The translations under genes were made by a program, and so were the position numbers. Positions 38,485 to 48,883 of a stretch of DNA of 61,796 bases are shown one piece after another (position 1 is the first letter of the stretch; each line of letters begins with the position of its first letter). Under the pieces are notes generated by a model. The model ran no database searches, was not told where the DNA came from, and saw only the letters and a list, made by a program, of their open reading frames with translations. The stretch is taken from assembly GCA_050309735.1 (NCBI GenBank), contig JBNRMS010000011.1, positions 1-61,796 on the forward strand, read 5' to 3'. Origin of the DNA: Eubacteriales bacterium. GTDB taxonomy: Bacteria > Bacillota > Clostridia > Oscillospirales > CAG-272.

Positions 38485-39909
38485 TTATTTTTTAATTTTT
38501 GTGCCGTATAGCGCAAAGGTTTCGGCACGGTCTATTTTTATATCAACGAAAAGCCCTGTGTCGGCCGGTTCTCCGTCAAATAAAACTATTTTATTCCCAT
38601 CGGTGCGCCCACTCATGACGCTCGCGTCGGTCTTGCTCGCCCCGTCACACAGGACGCGGACAACGCGCCCGACCTCCTCCCGATTAATCTCGGCTGAGAT
38701 AGCATTTTGAATTTCGAGCAGACGGGTAAAGCGCCGACTTTTCACCTCGTCGGCAATCTGTCCCTCCATCTCGGCGGCCGGGGTACCGCGGCGGGGCGAG
38801 TAAATGAAAGAGTAAATCATGTCAAATCTGATTTTCTCAAGCATCGAGAGGGTTGCCTCAAAATCTTCTTCGCTCTCGCCCGGGAAGCCGACTATAATAT
38901 CGGTTGTAAGCGATATGCCGGGGATTCTTTCTCTCATATATTCAACCGTCGAGATGTATTTATTGCAATTATATTTTCTGTTCATCCATTCAAGGATTCT
39001 GTCGCTGCCCGATTGAAGGGGCAGGTGGAAGTGACGCGCCGCTTTTTCTGATGCGGCGAGAGTGTCGATTAGCTTTTTTGTCGCGTCCTTCGGGTGGCTC
39101 GTCATAAACCGCAGGCGGAAATCGCCCTCAATAGACGACAAATCTCTTATTAAATCGGCAAAATCATAGCTTCCCTCAAGGTCTTTGCCATAGGAATTAA
39201 CATTCTGACCAAGCAGGGTTATATCTCGGCAGCCGCTCGCGGCAAGCTCGCTCACCTCATTTATTATGTCCTCCGAACGCCGGCTTCTTTCACGTCCGCG
39301 CACATAAGGCACAATGCAATAGGAGCAGTAATTATCGCAGCCGTACATCACCGAAACCCACGCGCGATATGAAGACTCGCGCCTTATCGGCAGCCCTTCG
39401 GGAAAATCGCGCGCCTCCTCTGAGCAAAAAAGCCTTCCCGAGCCGCGCATCCGCTCATAGACAAGCTCGGGCAGCCGGTGAAGCGAGGCGGTGCCGAACA
39501 CGATATCGACATAAGGATAGCTGCGCTTTATAGTGTCGCGTCTGTGCTCCTGCGACACCATGCAACCACACACGGCAATAATGACCGAGGGGTCTCGATT
39601 CTTTATATGTTTAAACTGCCCGATAATCGAGAGTGCCTTTTCCTCCGCGTGCTCGCGCACCGCGCAGGTGTTTGCTACGATAAGCGAGGCGTCCTCCGGC
39701 TTGTCGGTCGGTTCGTATCCCATAGCGGCCGTCATTCCGGCAAGCTTTTCGCTGTCGGCCTCGTTCTGCTGGCAGCCGAAGGTTAGAATGAATGCCGCCG
39801 GACGATTTCCCGTGGCCGACGCACCCTGTTCATTCAACTGACTTACAAGGCTTATATATTTTTCGGTTTCACTCTCCCGGCTCTTTCCGGGATTTATTAT
39901 TTTTGACAT
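38485..39909 (-). CDS. miaB: tRNA methylthiotransferase MiaB
   Basis: TFGCQQN, NTCAVRE.AE, GCDNYCSYC radical SAM motif, TRAM domain; ATG after GGAG. Confidence 0.96.
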   Translation of the reverse strand: MSKIINPGKSRESETEKYISLVSQLNEQGASATGNRPAAFILTFGCQQNEADSEKLAGMTAAMGYEPTDKPEDASLIVANTCAVREHAEEKALSIIGQFKHIKNRDPSVIIAVCGCMVSQEHRRDTIKRSYPYVDIVFGTASLHRLPELVYERMRGSGRLFCSEEARDFPEGLPIRRESSYRAWVSVMYGCDNYCSYCIVPYVRGRERSRRSEDIINEVSELAASGCRDITLLGQNVNSYGKDLEGSYDFADLIRDLSSIEGDFRLRFMTSHPKDATKKLIDTLAASEKAARHFHLPLQSGSDRILEWMNRKYNCNKYISTVEYMRERIPGISLTTDIIVGFPGESEEDFEATLSMLEKIRFDMIYSFIYSPRRGTPAAEMEGQIADEVKSRRFTRLLEIQNAISAEINREEVGRVVRVLCDGASKTDASVMSGRTDGNKIVLFDGEPADTGLFVDIKIDRAETFALYGTKIKK

Positions 39910-40257
39910 TCGCTCTCCTGATTTTTTATTTTTCAAACCATATCACTTTGAGATAAGCGAGAAATATGCCGATTTGGCATCTGACAAGTCACCGCCATTC
40001 ACATCAGCGGAAAAATCACAAAACTCGCCTTCTGGACGATTTATTTCTCAAACTTTATATGCTCTAAATTATACCCCAAAACCTCTGTTTTGTCAAATTT
40101 AACTTTTTCCCGTCAAGCAAGCATTTCTCACGCAAAACCCCGCCTCGCGAATCGACTTATCTCATATTCAAATCACTTATATTATAACATTTTAACCCGC
40201 CGAACACAATAACTCCGGGAAAAACAAAAGATTTTTTTACTTTTTCCAAAAAAGGTG

Positions 40258-40286
40258 TTGCATTATCAATAACAATGTGTTATAAT
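40258..40286 (+). promoter_or_regulatory. sigma-A promoter of tRNA-Val
   Basis: TTGCAT, 17 bp, TATAAT with extended TG, GC-rich discriminator. Confidence 0.75.
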
Positions 40287-40297
40287 ACTCCTCGCGC

Positions 40298-40374
40298 GGA
40301 GGCATAGCTCAGTTGGTTAGAGTACATGCTTGACATGCATGGGGTCGTTGGTTCAACTCCAACTGTCTCCACCA
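40298..40374 (+). tRNA. tRNA-Val (GAC)
   Basis: GGAGGCA/TGTCTCC acceptor stem, CATGC-TTGACAT-GCATG anticodon arm, GGTTCAAC, ACCA. Confidence 0.96.
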
Positions 40375-40383
40375 CCAAAATCC

Positions 40384-40409
40384 AAAAAAGCCGTGTGTCG
40401 GCTTTTTTT
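40384..40409 (+). terminator. Terminator after tRNA-Val
   Basis: AAAAAAGCCG-TGTGT-CGGCTTTTTTT. Confidence 0.8.
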
Positions 40410-40455
40410 GTTGCTTGTTTGAATATCACTCTGAAAGGGTTCATATGGGTTGATA

Positions 40456-41427
40456 ATGAATAAACTGTATCCCCTAAAACTCACGCCTGTTCCGGTAAAT
40501 ACTCTCTGGGGCTCCTTTCGCCTTCGAGACCTATTCGGCAAGGCCGGAGCGGGAGAGAAGACCGGCGAAACTTGGGAGCTCTCCGCTCGGGAGGGGCGCA
40601 TGAGTGTTATTGAAAACGGAATCTATTCGGGCATGAACCTTATTGATTTTTTGAGTAAAGCCGGAAACTCGGTCGTGTCTGACGAATATGACGGCTCGGG
40701 CTTTCCCCTGCTTATTAAATTTATCGACGCGGCCGACCGCCTCTCGCTTCAGGTTCATCCTAACGATGACTATGCCTCTCGGTTTGGTGAGCTTGGCAAA
40801 AATGAGATGTGGTACATTATAGACGCAGAACCGGGCGCTGAGATAATATACGGCTCGGCCGACGGCGTAACCGATGAAAAATTCCGCAAAGCCCTGGCAG
40901 ACGGGCGGTTTGAGAATATCCTCAAACACATCAAGGTTAAACCGGACGAGGTGTATTTTATTCCCGCCGGGCTTGTCCACGCCATCGGGGCCGGTGTTCT
41001 TATAGCCGAGATTCAGCAGAACAGCGACCTGACCTACCGTCTTTACGACTACGGCCGCCGGGATGATAAGGGAAATCTGCGCGAGCTGCATATTGACAAA
41101 GCGCTCGACGTTGCGCGCAACTATACCAGCTCTCAAATCGAAGCCGAACGCTTCGGGGGAAGAATCAATAATGAGCCGCGCGACGACACTCTTCTTGCTC
41201 ACTGCAAGTATTTTAAGGTAAACAAATATGACATATGCGGCTCGCAGAAATTCACAGCCGGAGCCGACAGCCTAAATTCACTGCTTATTCTCGGCGGTGG
41301 GGGAAAAATAATCTGCGACGGTGTTGAGCACACCGTCGCAGCCGGAGATAGCTGGCTGATTCCCGCGGGAACGGGTGAGTATATTGCCTCGGGGGAATTC
41401 AGTATTCTTTTAACAAGTCTTAAATAA
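40456..41427 (+). CDS. manA: Class I mannose-6-phosphate isomerase
   Basis: GETWELS, FPLLIKFIDA..LSLQVHP, GKNEMWY, HAIG, EIQQNSD.TYR.YDY. Confidence 0.93.
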   Translation: MNKLYPLKLTPVPVNTLWGSFRLRDLFGKAGAGEKTGETWELSAREGRMSVIENGIYSGMNLIDFLSKAGNSVVSDEYDGSGFPLLIKFIDAADRLSLQVHPNDDYASRFGELGKNEMWYIIDAEPGAEIIYGSADGVTDEKFRKALADGRFENILKHIKVKPDEVYFIPAGLVHAIGAGVLIAEIQQNSDLTYRLYDYGRRDDKGNLRELHIDKALDVARNYTSSQIEAERFGGRINNEPRDDTLLAHCKYFKVNKYDICGSQKFTAGADSLNSLLILGGGGKIICDGVEHTVAAGDSWLIPAGTGEYIASGEFSILLTSLK

Positions 41428-41433
41428 GTGATT

Positions 41434-42327
41434 TCAGACCGTTTCCTCAGAAGCCTTATCCCCGAAACTACCAGCGTCATTATCCTCACCCTTGCCGTTT
41501 GACATATAATGCCGCGGGCTTTTTCCGGTCATATTTTTGAAGAAGGTGCTGAAGTAATTCTGATCGCGGAAACCCAGTCGGCTAGCGATTTCCTTGCTGC
41601 TGCAACCGCTCTTGAGAAGGGCAATTGCTTCTTTTGTTTTCAGCTCGCGGTAATATCTCATTATGCTCTTTCCGGTGTATTTATGAAAAATCTGCTTTGC
41701 GCTTGAGGTGCTGATTCCGCAGGAGTGGGCAACATCGTCAAGACTCAGCCGGGAATTGACATTGTCAACAAGACATTTCATTATTTCTCGATATTTCTTT
41801 GAACACTCGGCACCGCAGTGCTCGGCCGAGCAGTAGCCGTTTTTGCCACTGCAAACTCTCAGAAGAAGATTCTCAAGGTCGTTCACCGCCATCATAAGAC
41901 CGGCCTCGCGTCCGGGCAGAATGCGTGTCACGCGGCGGTGGATGATTTCACAGTTGTGCCTTATTCTATCATAGATTTTTTTTAATGCTTCTATCTCATC
42001 GTCGGCAAGACCGAAAACAGTTCCCGAAATATTCGGAGCAATGTCGGCGTCGAAGGATATAATAATAATGCGCGGGGTGCTGTTGTTTTCCGACCACATC
42101 CGATGAAACTCCATAGGCTTATGCAGCACCATGTTTTTCTCGTTTACATAATAAATCTCTGCCTCGGAGGCGATGCCCACAGTTCCTTCAAGAACGCAGA
42201 TTATCTCAAAAAAATTATGGGATTCACCCGAGAAAGCAAAGTTTTCGTCAATAGTCAAATCATATGTAGTATAAAAGGCCTTTATCTCGATTGGGCATAT
42301 CACTCTGCATGGAATCCATTTTTTCAT
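41434..42327 (-). CDS. AraC-family transcriptional regulator
   Basis: N-terminal cupin GESHNFFE; C-terminal LGF.DQNYFS..FK..TG.SP. Confidence 0.92.
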   Translation of the reverse strand: MKKWIPCRVICPIEIKAFYTTYDLTIDENFAFSGESHNFFEIICVLEGTVGIASEAEIYYVNEKNMVLHKPMEFHRMWSENNSTPRIIIISFDADIAPNISGTVFGLADDEIEALKKIYDRIRHNCEIIHRRVTRILPGREAGLMMAVNDLENLLLRVCSGKNGYCSAEHCGAECSKKYREIMKCLVDNVNSRLSLDDVAHSCGISTSSAKQIFHKYTGKSIMRYYRELKTKEAIALLKSGCSSKEIASRLGFRDQNYFSTFFKNMTGKSPRHYMSNGKGEDNDAGSFGDKASEETV

Positions 42328-42634
42328 CTTCCTTCTGACTTTCCTTTCTATGTTGTCATTAGCTTGTGGCGCTCATAAGCAAACAGGGCCCCCGGAACTT
42401 GTACATTACATATTCAATGTATGTTTTTGTCAAAAAAGTGCACCGACGTGTCGCGAAAAAATTATACCGGGAAATTTGCGAAAAAGCGCAACCGATTTCG
42501 CAGAAAACAATGTCTGCTATTAAATGCTTTATGTCTGATATCGTATTTACATTTGATTTTATTCATGTTTTAATTATATTATAATGACAGTCCTAAAATA
42601 AATATATAATCTTTAAGAAAGACGGGGATTTTCT

Positions 42635-43357
42635 ATGAAAATCATTATTTGCAACGATTATGCCGAGATGTCGGCAAAGGCAGCCGAGATTGTAAGAGAC
42701 GCTGTGTCGGGCAAGAAAGCCTGCCTCGGACTTGCCACCGGTTCCACCCCTGAGGGTATGTATGACCTCCTCTCTTCGATGTGCAAAAAGGGTGAATGCG
42801 ACTTTTCGGGCATCACCACCTTCAACCTTGACGAGTATTATCCCATCTCACCGGATGACCCGCAGAGCTATCGTTATTACATGAACAAGCGTTTTTTCGA
42901 TAAGATAAATATCGATATAAATTCAACCTTTATCCCCGATGGCCTCGCAGCTGACCCCGGCATTGAGTGCTCTGAATATGAAAAAAAGATAGCTGAGCGA
43001 GGCGGAATTGATTTGCAGATAATAGGAATAGGGCCAAACGGACACATCGGCTTCAACGAGCCCGATGAGGAGTTGATACCCTTAACCCACGTTACAAATC
43101 TTGCAAGCAGCACTGTGGAAGCCAATTCAAGATTTTTCGCCTCGCCCGATGAGGTTCCAAAACAGGCTCTGACAATGGGAATAAAAACAATCCTTTCGGC
43201 AGGTCGCATAATTGTGCTGGCAAGCGGCTCGGCAAAGCACAAGGCGCTCTCAAAAATGCTCGACGGCAAAATCAGTACAATGTGTCCGGTAACAATGGTA
43301 AACCTGCACCGCAATGTTACGCTGATTTGCGACAAAGAGGCTTATTATGGCAGATAG
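42635..43357 (+). CDS. nagB: Glucosamine-6-phosphate deaminase
   Basis: LGLATGSTP, FNLDEY, GIG.NGHIGFNEP, ALTMGI. Confidence 0.95.
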   Translation: MKIIICNDYAEMSAKAAEIVRDAVSGKKACLGLATGSTPEGMYDLLSSMCKKGECDFSGITTFNLDEYYPISPDDPQSYRYYMNKRFFDKINIDINSTFIPDGLAADPGIECSEYEKKIAERGGIDLQIIGIGPNGHIGFNEPDEELIPLTHVTNLASSTVEANSRFFASPDEVPKQALTMGIKTILSAGRIIVLASGSAKHKALSKMLDGKISTMCPVTMVNLHRNVTLICDKEAYYGR

Positions 43358-44789
43358 CCATGTAAACCCGCGCGACGTCAGCTTTGGCACCGGAGGATGG
43401 CGGGGCATTATCGGAGAAAACTTTTCGCGCGAGAATGTAATACGCGTCGCTCAGGGAATAGTCGAGCTTGCAAAGCTTGATAACCGCACCGACAAACCGA
43501 TAGTAATTGGATACGACCGCCGCTTTTTATCCGATTCGGCAGCGAGATGGGCTGCCGAGGTCTTTTGCGCTAATGGTATTGATATTCTCTTTTTGCGGCG
43601 CAGCGCTCCGACCCCCCTTATAATGTTTCTTGTAAAGGACATGGGGCTTAATTATGGCCTTGAAATAACGGCGAGTCACAACCCTTCTCATTACAACGGG
43701 ATTAAACTTATTGTCCAAGAGGGGCGAGACGCACCTGTTGAGGTCACGGATCATCTTGAGAAGACAATCGCAAAAATAGAATCCCGAAGTGTTCCCTATC
43801 TTCCCTTTAATGAGTGCGTTGAAACGGGGCGCCTGAGGTTTTTAAAGCACCCCTTCAACGGATTTATCGACAGCATTCTTGCAAAGCTTGACCTCGACGT
43901 AATACGCAGGCGCGACCTGCGCGTTATCTTCAATCCTATGCACGGCTCGGGCACATACCCGCTCCTTACAATACTTTACACCGCGCGCTGCACCGTTGAC
44001 CTGATCGGCAGCGAGAAGGATGCTTATTTCGGCGGGCGCGACCCGGCGCCGACCGGAAAAAGTCTTATTGGCTTTAAAGATAGAGTTGAGAGCGGCAATT
44101 ATGATCTTGGAATCGCCTTCGACGGAGACGGCGACCGGATTGGCATAATCGACTCAAACGGCAGATACATCTCGGCGAACGAAATCCTGTGCCTGCTATA
44201 TTACTATCTTCACGAATACAAGGGCTGGCGCGGACCTGTAATCCGGAATTTGGCTACCACGCATATGCTCGACAAAATCGCCGAATCTTTTGGCGAGCGG
44301 TGTTATGAGGTGCCGGTGGGATTCAAATATATATCGGCTGCCATAGACGAATATGACGCAATACTTGGCGGTGAATCCTCAGGGGGGCTCACTGTAAGAG
44401 GTCACATTTACGGAAAAGACTCTATTTATGCCGCTTCTCTTTTCGTGGAAATGATATGTGCAACCGGCAAATCGGCCTCGGAACTCATCGATGAACTGAC
44501 CGACAAATACGGCCGATTTGTCATGGTTGAGGACAACAGCAGCTTCGCCCCCGAAGACCGCGAGCGGATCACAAACCTTCTTATGGTCGAAAAAAAGCTG
44601 CCCGACTTCGCCGACAGGAAAATTAAAAGGCTGTCTTATGAGGACGGCGCGAAGGTCACCTTCGACGACGATTCCTTTATTATATGCCGCTTCTCGGGAA
44701 CCGAACCTCTACTGAGAATTTTCTCGGAAGACAAGGATGAGCGCGGCGCAAAGGAGCTTGTTTCATTACTGAAAGATTTTATTAGGTAA
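43347..44789 (+). CDS. Phosphoglucomutase/phosphomannomutase family protein
   Basis: TASHNP, FDGDGDR, VGFK, GGESSGG, RFSGTEP. Confidence 0.92.
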   Translation: MADSHVNPRDVSFGTGGWRGIIGENFSRENVIRVAQGIVELAKLDNRTDKPIVIGYDRRFLSDSAARWAAEVFCANGIDILFLRRSAPTPLIMFLVKDMGLNYGLEITASHNPSHYNGIKLIVQEGRDAPVEVTDHLEKTIAKIESRSVPYLPFNECVETGRLRFLKHPFNGFIDSILAKLDLDVIRRRDLRVIFNPMHGSGTYPLLTILYTARCTVDLIGSEKDAYFGGRDPAPTGKSLIGFKDRVESGNYDLGIAFDGDGDRIGIIDSNGRYISANEILCLLYYYLHEYKGWRGPVIRNLATTHMLDKIAESFGERCYEVPVGFKYISAAIDEYDAILGGESSGGLTVRGHIYGKDSIYAASLFVEMICATGKSASELIDELTDKYGRFVMVEDNSSFAPEDRERITNLLMVEKKLPDFADRKIKRLSYEDGAKVTFDDDSFIICRFSGTEPLLRIFSEDKDERGAKELVSLLKDFIR

Positions 44790-44849
44790 GAGGGCCGAAG
44801 TGTGGCAAAACAATTCTCCCGCATCCCCTCACCCACGCCTAAAACAAAA

Positions 44850-44880
44850 CATAGCGTCGGCCAAATTTGGCCGGCGCTAT
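44850..44880. terminator. Hairpin between convergent genes
   Basis: ATAGCGTCGGCC-AAATTT-GGCCGGCGCTAT. Confidence 0.7.
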
Positions 44881-44884
44881 ATGT

Positions 44885-46057
44885 TTAGACACCCCAGTCA
44901 TCGCTCCCGTCACCGGGGATGACATTCCTAAGCGCAACAATAGCGCATTCTATCATAAGATCATCGGGCTCTCGGGTTGTTATCCTCTGGAGAAGAAGGC
45001 CCGGAGCCGATATAATACGGGTAAGGGCATTGTCATATTTCCCGGCAACGCGGATTAGCTCATATCCGATACTCATCATGAGCGGAAGCAGCGCCAGGCT
45101 GATAAGAGTTCTGAGCAAAGTGTTGAGAGCCTGCCCTTCGGCAAGCTTTGTAGGTATAAACATAGTGATTATAATACCGACAATCACAATAAGCACAAGA
45201 AAAGAGGTTCCGCATCTCGGATGGTAGCGCCGCTGCGCACGCACATTCTCCACCGTCAAATCAAGCCCCCGCTCGTAACACATAATCGACTTATGCTCTG
45301 CACCGTGATACATAAATGTGCGCCTGATATCTTTCATAAGTGATACAAGCACCATATAACCAACTAATATAAAAATTTTAAGAACCCCCACAAATATCGC
45401 GCGGATTAGCTGATATGAAAAACCCTCGCCGCCGAGCGCCGGAACAGCTCGCTGCAAAAGCGTGTATATCCCCTCGGGCAGGTATTTAAAAAGTGCGAGC
45501 GCCAGAACAACGCCAAGTATTGACGCTACGATCATGATCGCATTCATCAATATGGCGTCCTTCTTCTTTTTGTCGCCGTCCTTACCTGCCGCGCCGGCAT
45601 CGGTCGCAGAGGCTTGCGCCTGTACAGGAGGATGGTCTGCCTTTCGCTCGGAAAGATCAATATCGGAATCTTGCGCCTCGGCTATCTCGACCTCGTTCAA
45701 TCTTTGGGTATCGTCATTTGATGTTTTTTTCTCATTATCCTTGTTGCCGCTATCTTCCGGCTCGTCAAACCCGGCTATCTCAGCCGAGCGCATAAGGCAT
45801 TTATATCCGAAGCTCATCGAATCAATAAAGCCGAAAATCCCGCGAAAAAAAGGCCAGCGGTAATATTTCGGTTTCTTTCTGGTATCAAGTTCCCGATTTT
45901 CAACTACAATCTCCCCCGCGGGGTTTCTAACCGCCATTGAGACCTTATTCGGGCCACGCATCATAATTCCCTCGATAAGAGCCTGTCCGCCTATCGAGGT
46001 TTTTTTGGCCTGGCATATGCCGCCCCTCTTTTCTTTTTCTATATCAGACCTCTTCAA
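44885..46057 (-). CDS. DUF1385 family membrane protein
   Basis: IGGQALIEGIMMR, FMYHGAEHK, HPRCGTSF, TTREPD. Confidence 0.92.
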   Translation of the reverse strand: MKRSDIEKEKRGGICQAKKTSIGGQALIEGIMMRGPNKVSMAVRNPAGEIVVENRELDTRKKPKYYRWPFFRGIFGFIDSMSFGYKCLMRSAEIAGFDEPEDSGNKDNEKKTSNDDTQRLNEVEIAEAQDSDIDLSERKADHPPVQAQASATDAGAAGKDGDKKKKDAILMNAIMIVASILGVVLALALFKYLPEGIYTLLQRAVPALGGEGFSYQLIRAIFVGVLKIFILVGYMVLVSLMKDIRRTFMYHGAEHKSIMCYERGLDLTVENVRAQRRYHPRCGTSFLVLIVIVGIIITMFIPTKLAEGQALNTLLRTLISLALLPLMMSIGYELIRVAGKYDNALTRIISAPGLLLQRITTREPDDLMIECAIVALRNVIPGDGSDDWGV

Positions 46058-46075
46058 TTGAGTAAGAGTCCTTTC

Positions 46076-47218
46076 TCAGAATTTCATTTTAATCTGACCG
46101 CTGCCCATCTCAAGCTTATGCTTCTCAATAAGATTGCGGATGCGCTGAACGGGATCAAGCAGATTGCTTATTGTGTCGTCATGATTGAGTGTGTCGATTA
46201 TGTACGCCACATATTTGCACATATTAACCTCGACATACCAAGGCATCGAAAGCAGCTCGGGCGTGCGATAAACAAGATTTGTCGTAAACACCTTGTTTAT
46301 AAGCCCGTCGGAGTAGGCCTTTGTGAATTTTTCAAGCCCGTTTGTAAACAGCCCGAACGACACAAATGCGAATATCCTCTTAGCCCCCTTGTTTTTAAGC
46401 TGAAGCGCAACGTCAATCAACGAATCCCCCGAGGAGATAATATCATCGACGACAATCACATCCTTGCCCTCAAGGTCTCCCCCGAGGTATTCGTGCGACT
46501 CTATCGGGTTGCGCCCGTTGATAATCTTTGTGTAGTCACGGCGCTTATAGAACATACCTATGTCAATCCCCAGCACCGACGAATAATACATACACCTACC
46601 CATCGCGCCCTCGTCGGGCGAAATAATTGTCAGCTCGTTTTTATCTATCACAATGTCCGGAACATTTTTGACCAGCGCCTTAATCATCTGATATGCCGGG
46701 CGAATATCATCAAAGCCGCAGAGCGGAATGGCGTTCTGTATCCTTGAATCATGCGCATCAAAGGTGATAATGTTTATGACCCCCATCGTCTCGAGCTCCT
46801 GCAGCATCAGGGCGCAGTCGAGCGACTCGCGTGACGACCGCTTATGCTGCCTGCCTTCATAGAGCATCGGCATTATAACCGAAACTCGCCTTGCCTTGCC
46901 GCCTGCCGCGGCGATTAGGCGTTTTAAGTCTGCGAAGTGGTCGTCCGGGCTCATCGGAACTGTTTTTCCGTACATATCATATGTCACGCCGTGGTTGAAA
47001 ACGTCACATATGATATAAAGATCATGCCCTCGCAGGGTTTGAAAGATCAAGCCCTTTGCCTCACCTGAACCGAAACGCGGGCATTCTGTCTTGATGAAAA
47101 AGGTGTCATCCTCTCCGCAGCCCCTCCATTCCTTCAGGTAATAGTCAACCTGTGCGCCGAACTGCTCACAGCCCTTCATTGCAATAACACTAAGCTCGCC
47201 AAAAAGCGAATCCCTCAT
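46076..47218 (-). CDS. prs: Ribose-phosphate pyrophosphokinase (long clostridial type)
   Basis: RFGSGE, YEGRQH, TFDAHD, SPDEGA, VDDIISSG. Confidence 0.92.
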   Translation of the reverse strand: MRDSLFGELSVIAMKGCEQFGAQVDYYLKEWRGCGEDDTFFIKTECPRFGSGEAKGLIFQTLRGHDLYIICDVFNHGVTYDMYGKTVPMSPDDHFADLKRLIAAAGGKARRVSVIMPMLYEGRQHKRSSRESLDCALMLQELETMGVINIITFDAHDSRIQNAIPLCGFDDIRPAYQMIKALVKNVPDIVIDKNELTIISPDEGAMGRCMYYSSVLGIDIGMFYKRRDYTKIINGRNPIESHEYLGGDLEGKDVIVVDDIISSGDSLIDVALQLKNKGAKRIFAFVSFGLFTNGLEKFTKAYSDGLINKVFTTNLVYRTPELLSMPWYVEVNMCKYVAYIIDTLNHDDTISNLLDPVQRIRNLIEKHKLEMGSGQIKMKF

Positions 47219-47335
47219 AAAACCTCATGCCCCCCGTATGGTATCATATTTATTGCCTATATTATAGCACAGTTTTACCGATTTGAAAAGCTTTTTCGAG
47301 CTTTTAATACTATTTGATATTTTTCTTGTCAATCC

Positions 47336-48820
47336 TTATATGAGTTTTACAAATCGTGAATATGCCTCGTCCCACGCCCCAGTGTCGCGAGGAGCGAAGT
47401 ATTCGGGGGCAAAAGAGTTTGCGACAATCTCCCGAGCCTCGCGAATATTCTTTATTTCGCCCGATGCTATTGCCTGAATGGCAATATTGCCGATGGCGGT
47501 AGCCTCGGTGGGGCCGGTAATCACCTGCATTCCGCAGGCGCTGGCCGTCATTTGGTTGAGGAAGCCATCCTTTGAGCCGCCGCCGACAATGTTAATACCA
47601 GACGGGCGTATTCCAGTCAGCAGGATGAGCCGCTCGGCTGTCATTCGGTATTTAAGCGCGAGGCTCTCATAAATGCACCTGACAATCTCGCCAACACTGC
47701 CGGGGACATACTGCCCGCTCTCGCGGCAGAATTCGACTATCCGCTCGGGCATATTCCCGGGGAGGGCAAAGCGCTTGTCATCGGGATTTATCAGGCAGGC
47801 AAAGGGCTTTGATGAGGCGGCCATGCTCTCAAGCATAGCAAAGCTAAAGTCTTTTCCCTCGCGCTTCCACTGCCGCCTTGCCTCTTGAATTATCCACAGC
47901 CCCATTATATTTTTGAGAAAACGAACGCTATCTTCTGCTCCTCCCTCATTTGTGAAGTTCAGGCTACAGGTCTCGGAATTTATAAGCGGTGAGGCAAGCT
48001 CGGTTCCCATCAGCGACCATGTTCCGCTGCTTATGTAAATAAGGTCGCTTCCATGATCTACCTTCGGCACCGAGATGACGGCACTCGCCGTATCATGCGA
48101 GGCGACGTTAATCACCTCGGCTCGCAGACCTCCCACCTCCTCAAGCACCGAGGGAAGAAGCCCTCCAAGCCTGTTTCCCGGCTTTGTGAGCGGCGCAAAG
48201 AGCGAGGGGGGGATCCCGAGCGCGGAGAGAAGATCGTCGGCCATGGTGCGTTTCTCGGCGTCAAGGACGGCTCCTGTTGAGGCTATCGTATGCTCGGTCG
48301 CCATTTTTCCGGTTAGAAAATAGTTGAGAAGATCGGGGATAAAGAGGAGTTTTTCGGCGCGGCCGAGCATATCGGGATCAGAGCGCCGCTCGGAGGCGAG
48401 TTGATATATTGTGTTGAAATCCATTGACTGTATCCCGGTTATCGCATAAATCTCCTCGGTGCTGATGCCGCTGGTTTTCCTTATATAATCGACAATTCCC
48501 GCCGTTCTCGGATCACGATAATGCACGGGGTTTGACATAAGACGCCCGTGTTTATCAATAAGACCGTAGTCAACGCCCCATGTGTCGATTCCGATGCTCA
48601 CAACCTCGTCTCGGTCGAGCACGCTCTGCCTTATAGAATTTTTTATCTCATGATATATCCTTAAAATATCCCAGTGCAACCGGTCACAGGCCTTAACGGG
48701 TTCGTTCGCGAAGCGGCAGTTTTCGCGAAGGGATAATTTCTCACCGTCAAAACTGCCCACAATCCCGCGCCCGCTTGAAGCACCAAGATCGATGGCAAGA
48801 TATTTTTTCGTCGCTCTCAT
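47336..48820 (-). CDS. rhaB: Rhamnulokinase family FGGY kinase
   Basis: DLGASSGR, IDTWGVDY, SHDTASAV, SSGTWSL.G, TNEGG, KNIMGLW. Confidence 0.85.
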   Translation of the reverse strand: MRATKKYLAIDLGASSGRGIVGSFDGEKLSLRENCRFANEPVKACDRLHWDILRIYHEIKNSIRQSVLDRDEVVSIGIDTWGVDYGLIDKHGRLMSNPVHYRDPRTAGIVDYIRKTSGISTEEIYAITGIQSMDFNTIYQLASERRSDPDMLGRAEKLLFIPDLLNYFLTGKMATEHTIASTGAVLDAEKRTMADDLLSALGIPPSLFAPLTKPGNRLGGLLPSVLEEVGGLRAEVINVASHDTASAVISVPKVDHGSDLIYISSGTWSLMGTELASPLINSETCSLNFTNEGGAEDSVRFLKNIMGLWIIQEARRQWKREGKDFSFAMLESMAASSKPFACLINPDDKRFALPGNMPERIVEFCRESGQYVPGSVGEIVRCIYESLALKYRMTAERLILLTGIRPSGINIVGGGSKDGFLNQMTASACGMQVITGPTEATAIGNIAIQAIASGEIKNIREAREIVANSFAPEYFAPRDTGAWDEAYSRFVKLI

Positions 48821-48883
48821 ATAACAGTACCCCTTTATATTTTTTCTGCAATGTATAACTTCTAATCAGATAACCCGAGCTTA

